Assembly (NCBI GenBank): GCA_007571365.1 | Contig: RKRN01000143.1 | Coordinates: 2,245 to 66,244 of the forward strand | Origin: Candidatus Latescibacterota bacterium | GTDB taxonomy: Bacteria; Latescibacterota; UBA2968; UBA8231 | Length of the DNA: 64,000 bases | Reading direction: 5' to 3' | Shown: piece after piece, positions 63,886 to 64,000 of the stretch | Layout of the letters: the number at the start of each line of letters is the position of its first letter | Position numbering within the stretch: the first letter of the stretch is position 1 | Program-made: the position numbers and the translations under genes | Notes under the pieces: generated by a model | Told to the model about the DNA's origin: nothing | What the model saw: the letters and a program-made list of their open reading frames with translations, nothing else | Database searches by the model: none

Positions 63886-64000
63886 TATCTGTATTATAAA
63901 AGGCAATGGCAACATACAAACGACCCCACGGCCGCTCAGCCACTACTCAAGGGCCCCATCGAGAATTTTAAAAAAATAGCTTCTTGGGATTAGAGTGGTT

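Noticed and set aside
63442-63993. 183-aa plus-strand ORF at the end of the window
   Set aside because: The first third is antisense to dapL and the remainder reads through an AT-rich spacer and the REP-like repeat. No RBS or motif is present.
1-64000. CRISPR arrays, rRNA genes, transposases/IS elements, prophage genes, and reverse transcriptase or retron-like elements
   Set aside because: I found no regularly spaced direct repeats. The only tandem or dispersed repeats are the 27-bp duplication, the sprA low-complexity repeats, the subtilase fragment duplication and the 55-nt element. No ORF has transposase, integrase or RT motifs.
63968-64000. Possible 3' end of a minus-strand gene entering from the right edge (..NHSNPKKLFF stop)
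   Set aside because: Only ~10 codons are visible and other frames are equally open. It cannot be supported.

Overview
High-GC (roughly 60-65 % by eye), gene-dense chromosomal segment of a diderm bacterium. It holds about 58 protein-coding genes or pseudogenes and 2 tRNAs. I saw no rRNA, CRISPR array, transposase or integrase. A 2152-aa SprA-type ORF and a cargo gene ending in a T9SS-type C-terminal sorting domain point to a T9SS-bearing (FCB-superphylum-like) lineage; I cannot place it further. Most content is housekeeping: murA, anmK, an M16 protease, feoAB, dprA, coaD, comEA, lptFG, selA, a LysM-amidase, def, fbaB, nadA, dapL, a larE-like gene, sugar-acid/oxidoreductase genes and ABC ATPases. 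The accessory content sits in short lower-GC patches (about 43-52 % by eye). These are a HigB/HigA-like TA pair (4.5-5.2 kb) and a two-gene island encoding a Cys-rich secreted protein plus a small beta-barrel-like protein (14.4-15.6 kb). A methyltransferase whose restriction-endonuclease partner is internally deleted lies at 19.9-21.4 kb, followed 1.5 kb later by a solitary AAA-ATPase/PD-(D/E)XK gene. There is also a scrambled subtilase/prodomain-cassette locus (43.4-46.5 kb) and a second solitary methyltransferase (60.2-61.1 kb). Non-coding observations are a 470-bp structured intergenic region with an orphan intrinsic terminator (candidate sRNA or leader), a ~55-nt structured repeat present twice, several intrinsic terminators, and a few sigma70-like promoters. 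No new system can be proven from sequence alone; the best candidates are ranked in findings. All functional calls come from motif recognition by eye in the supplied translations, and no database search was possible.
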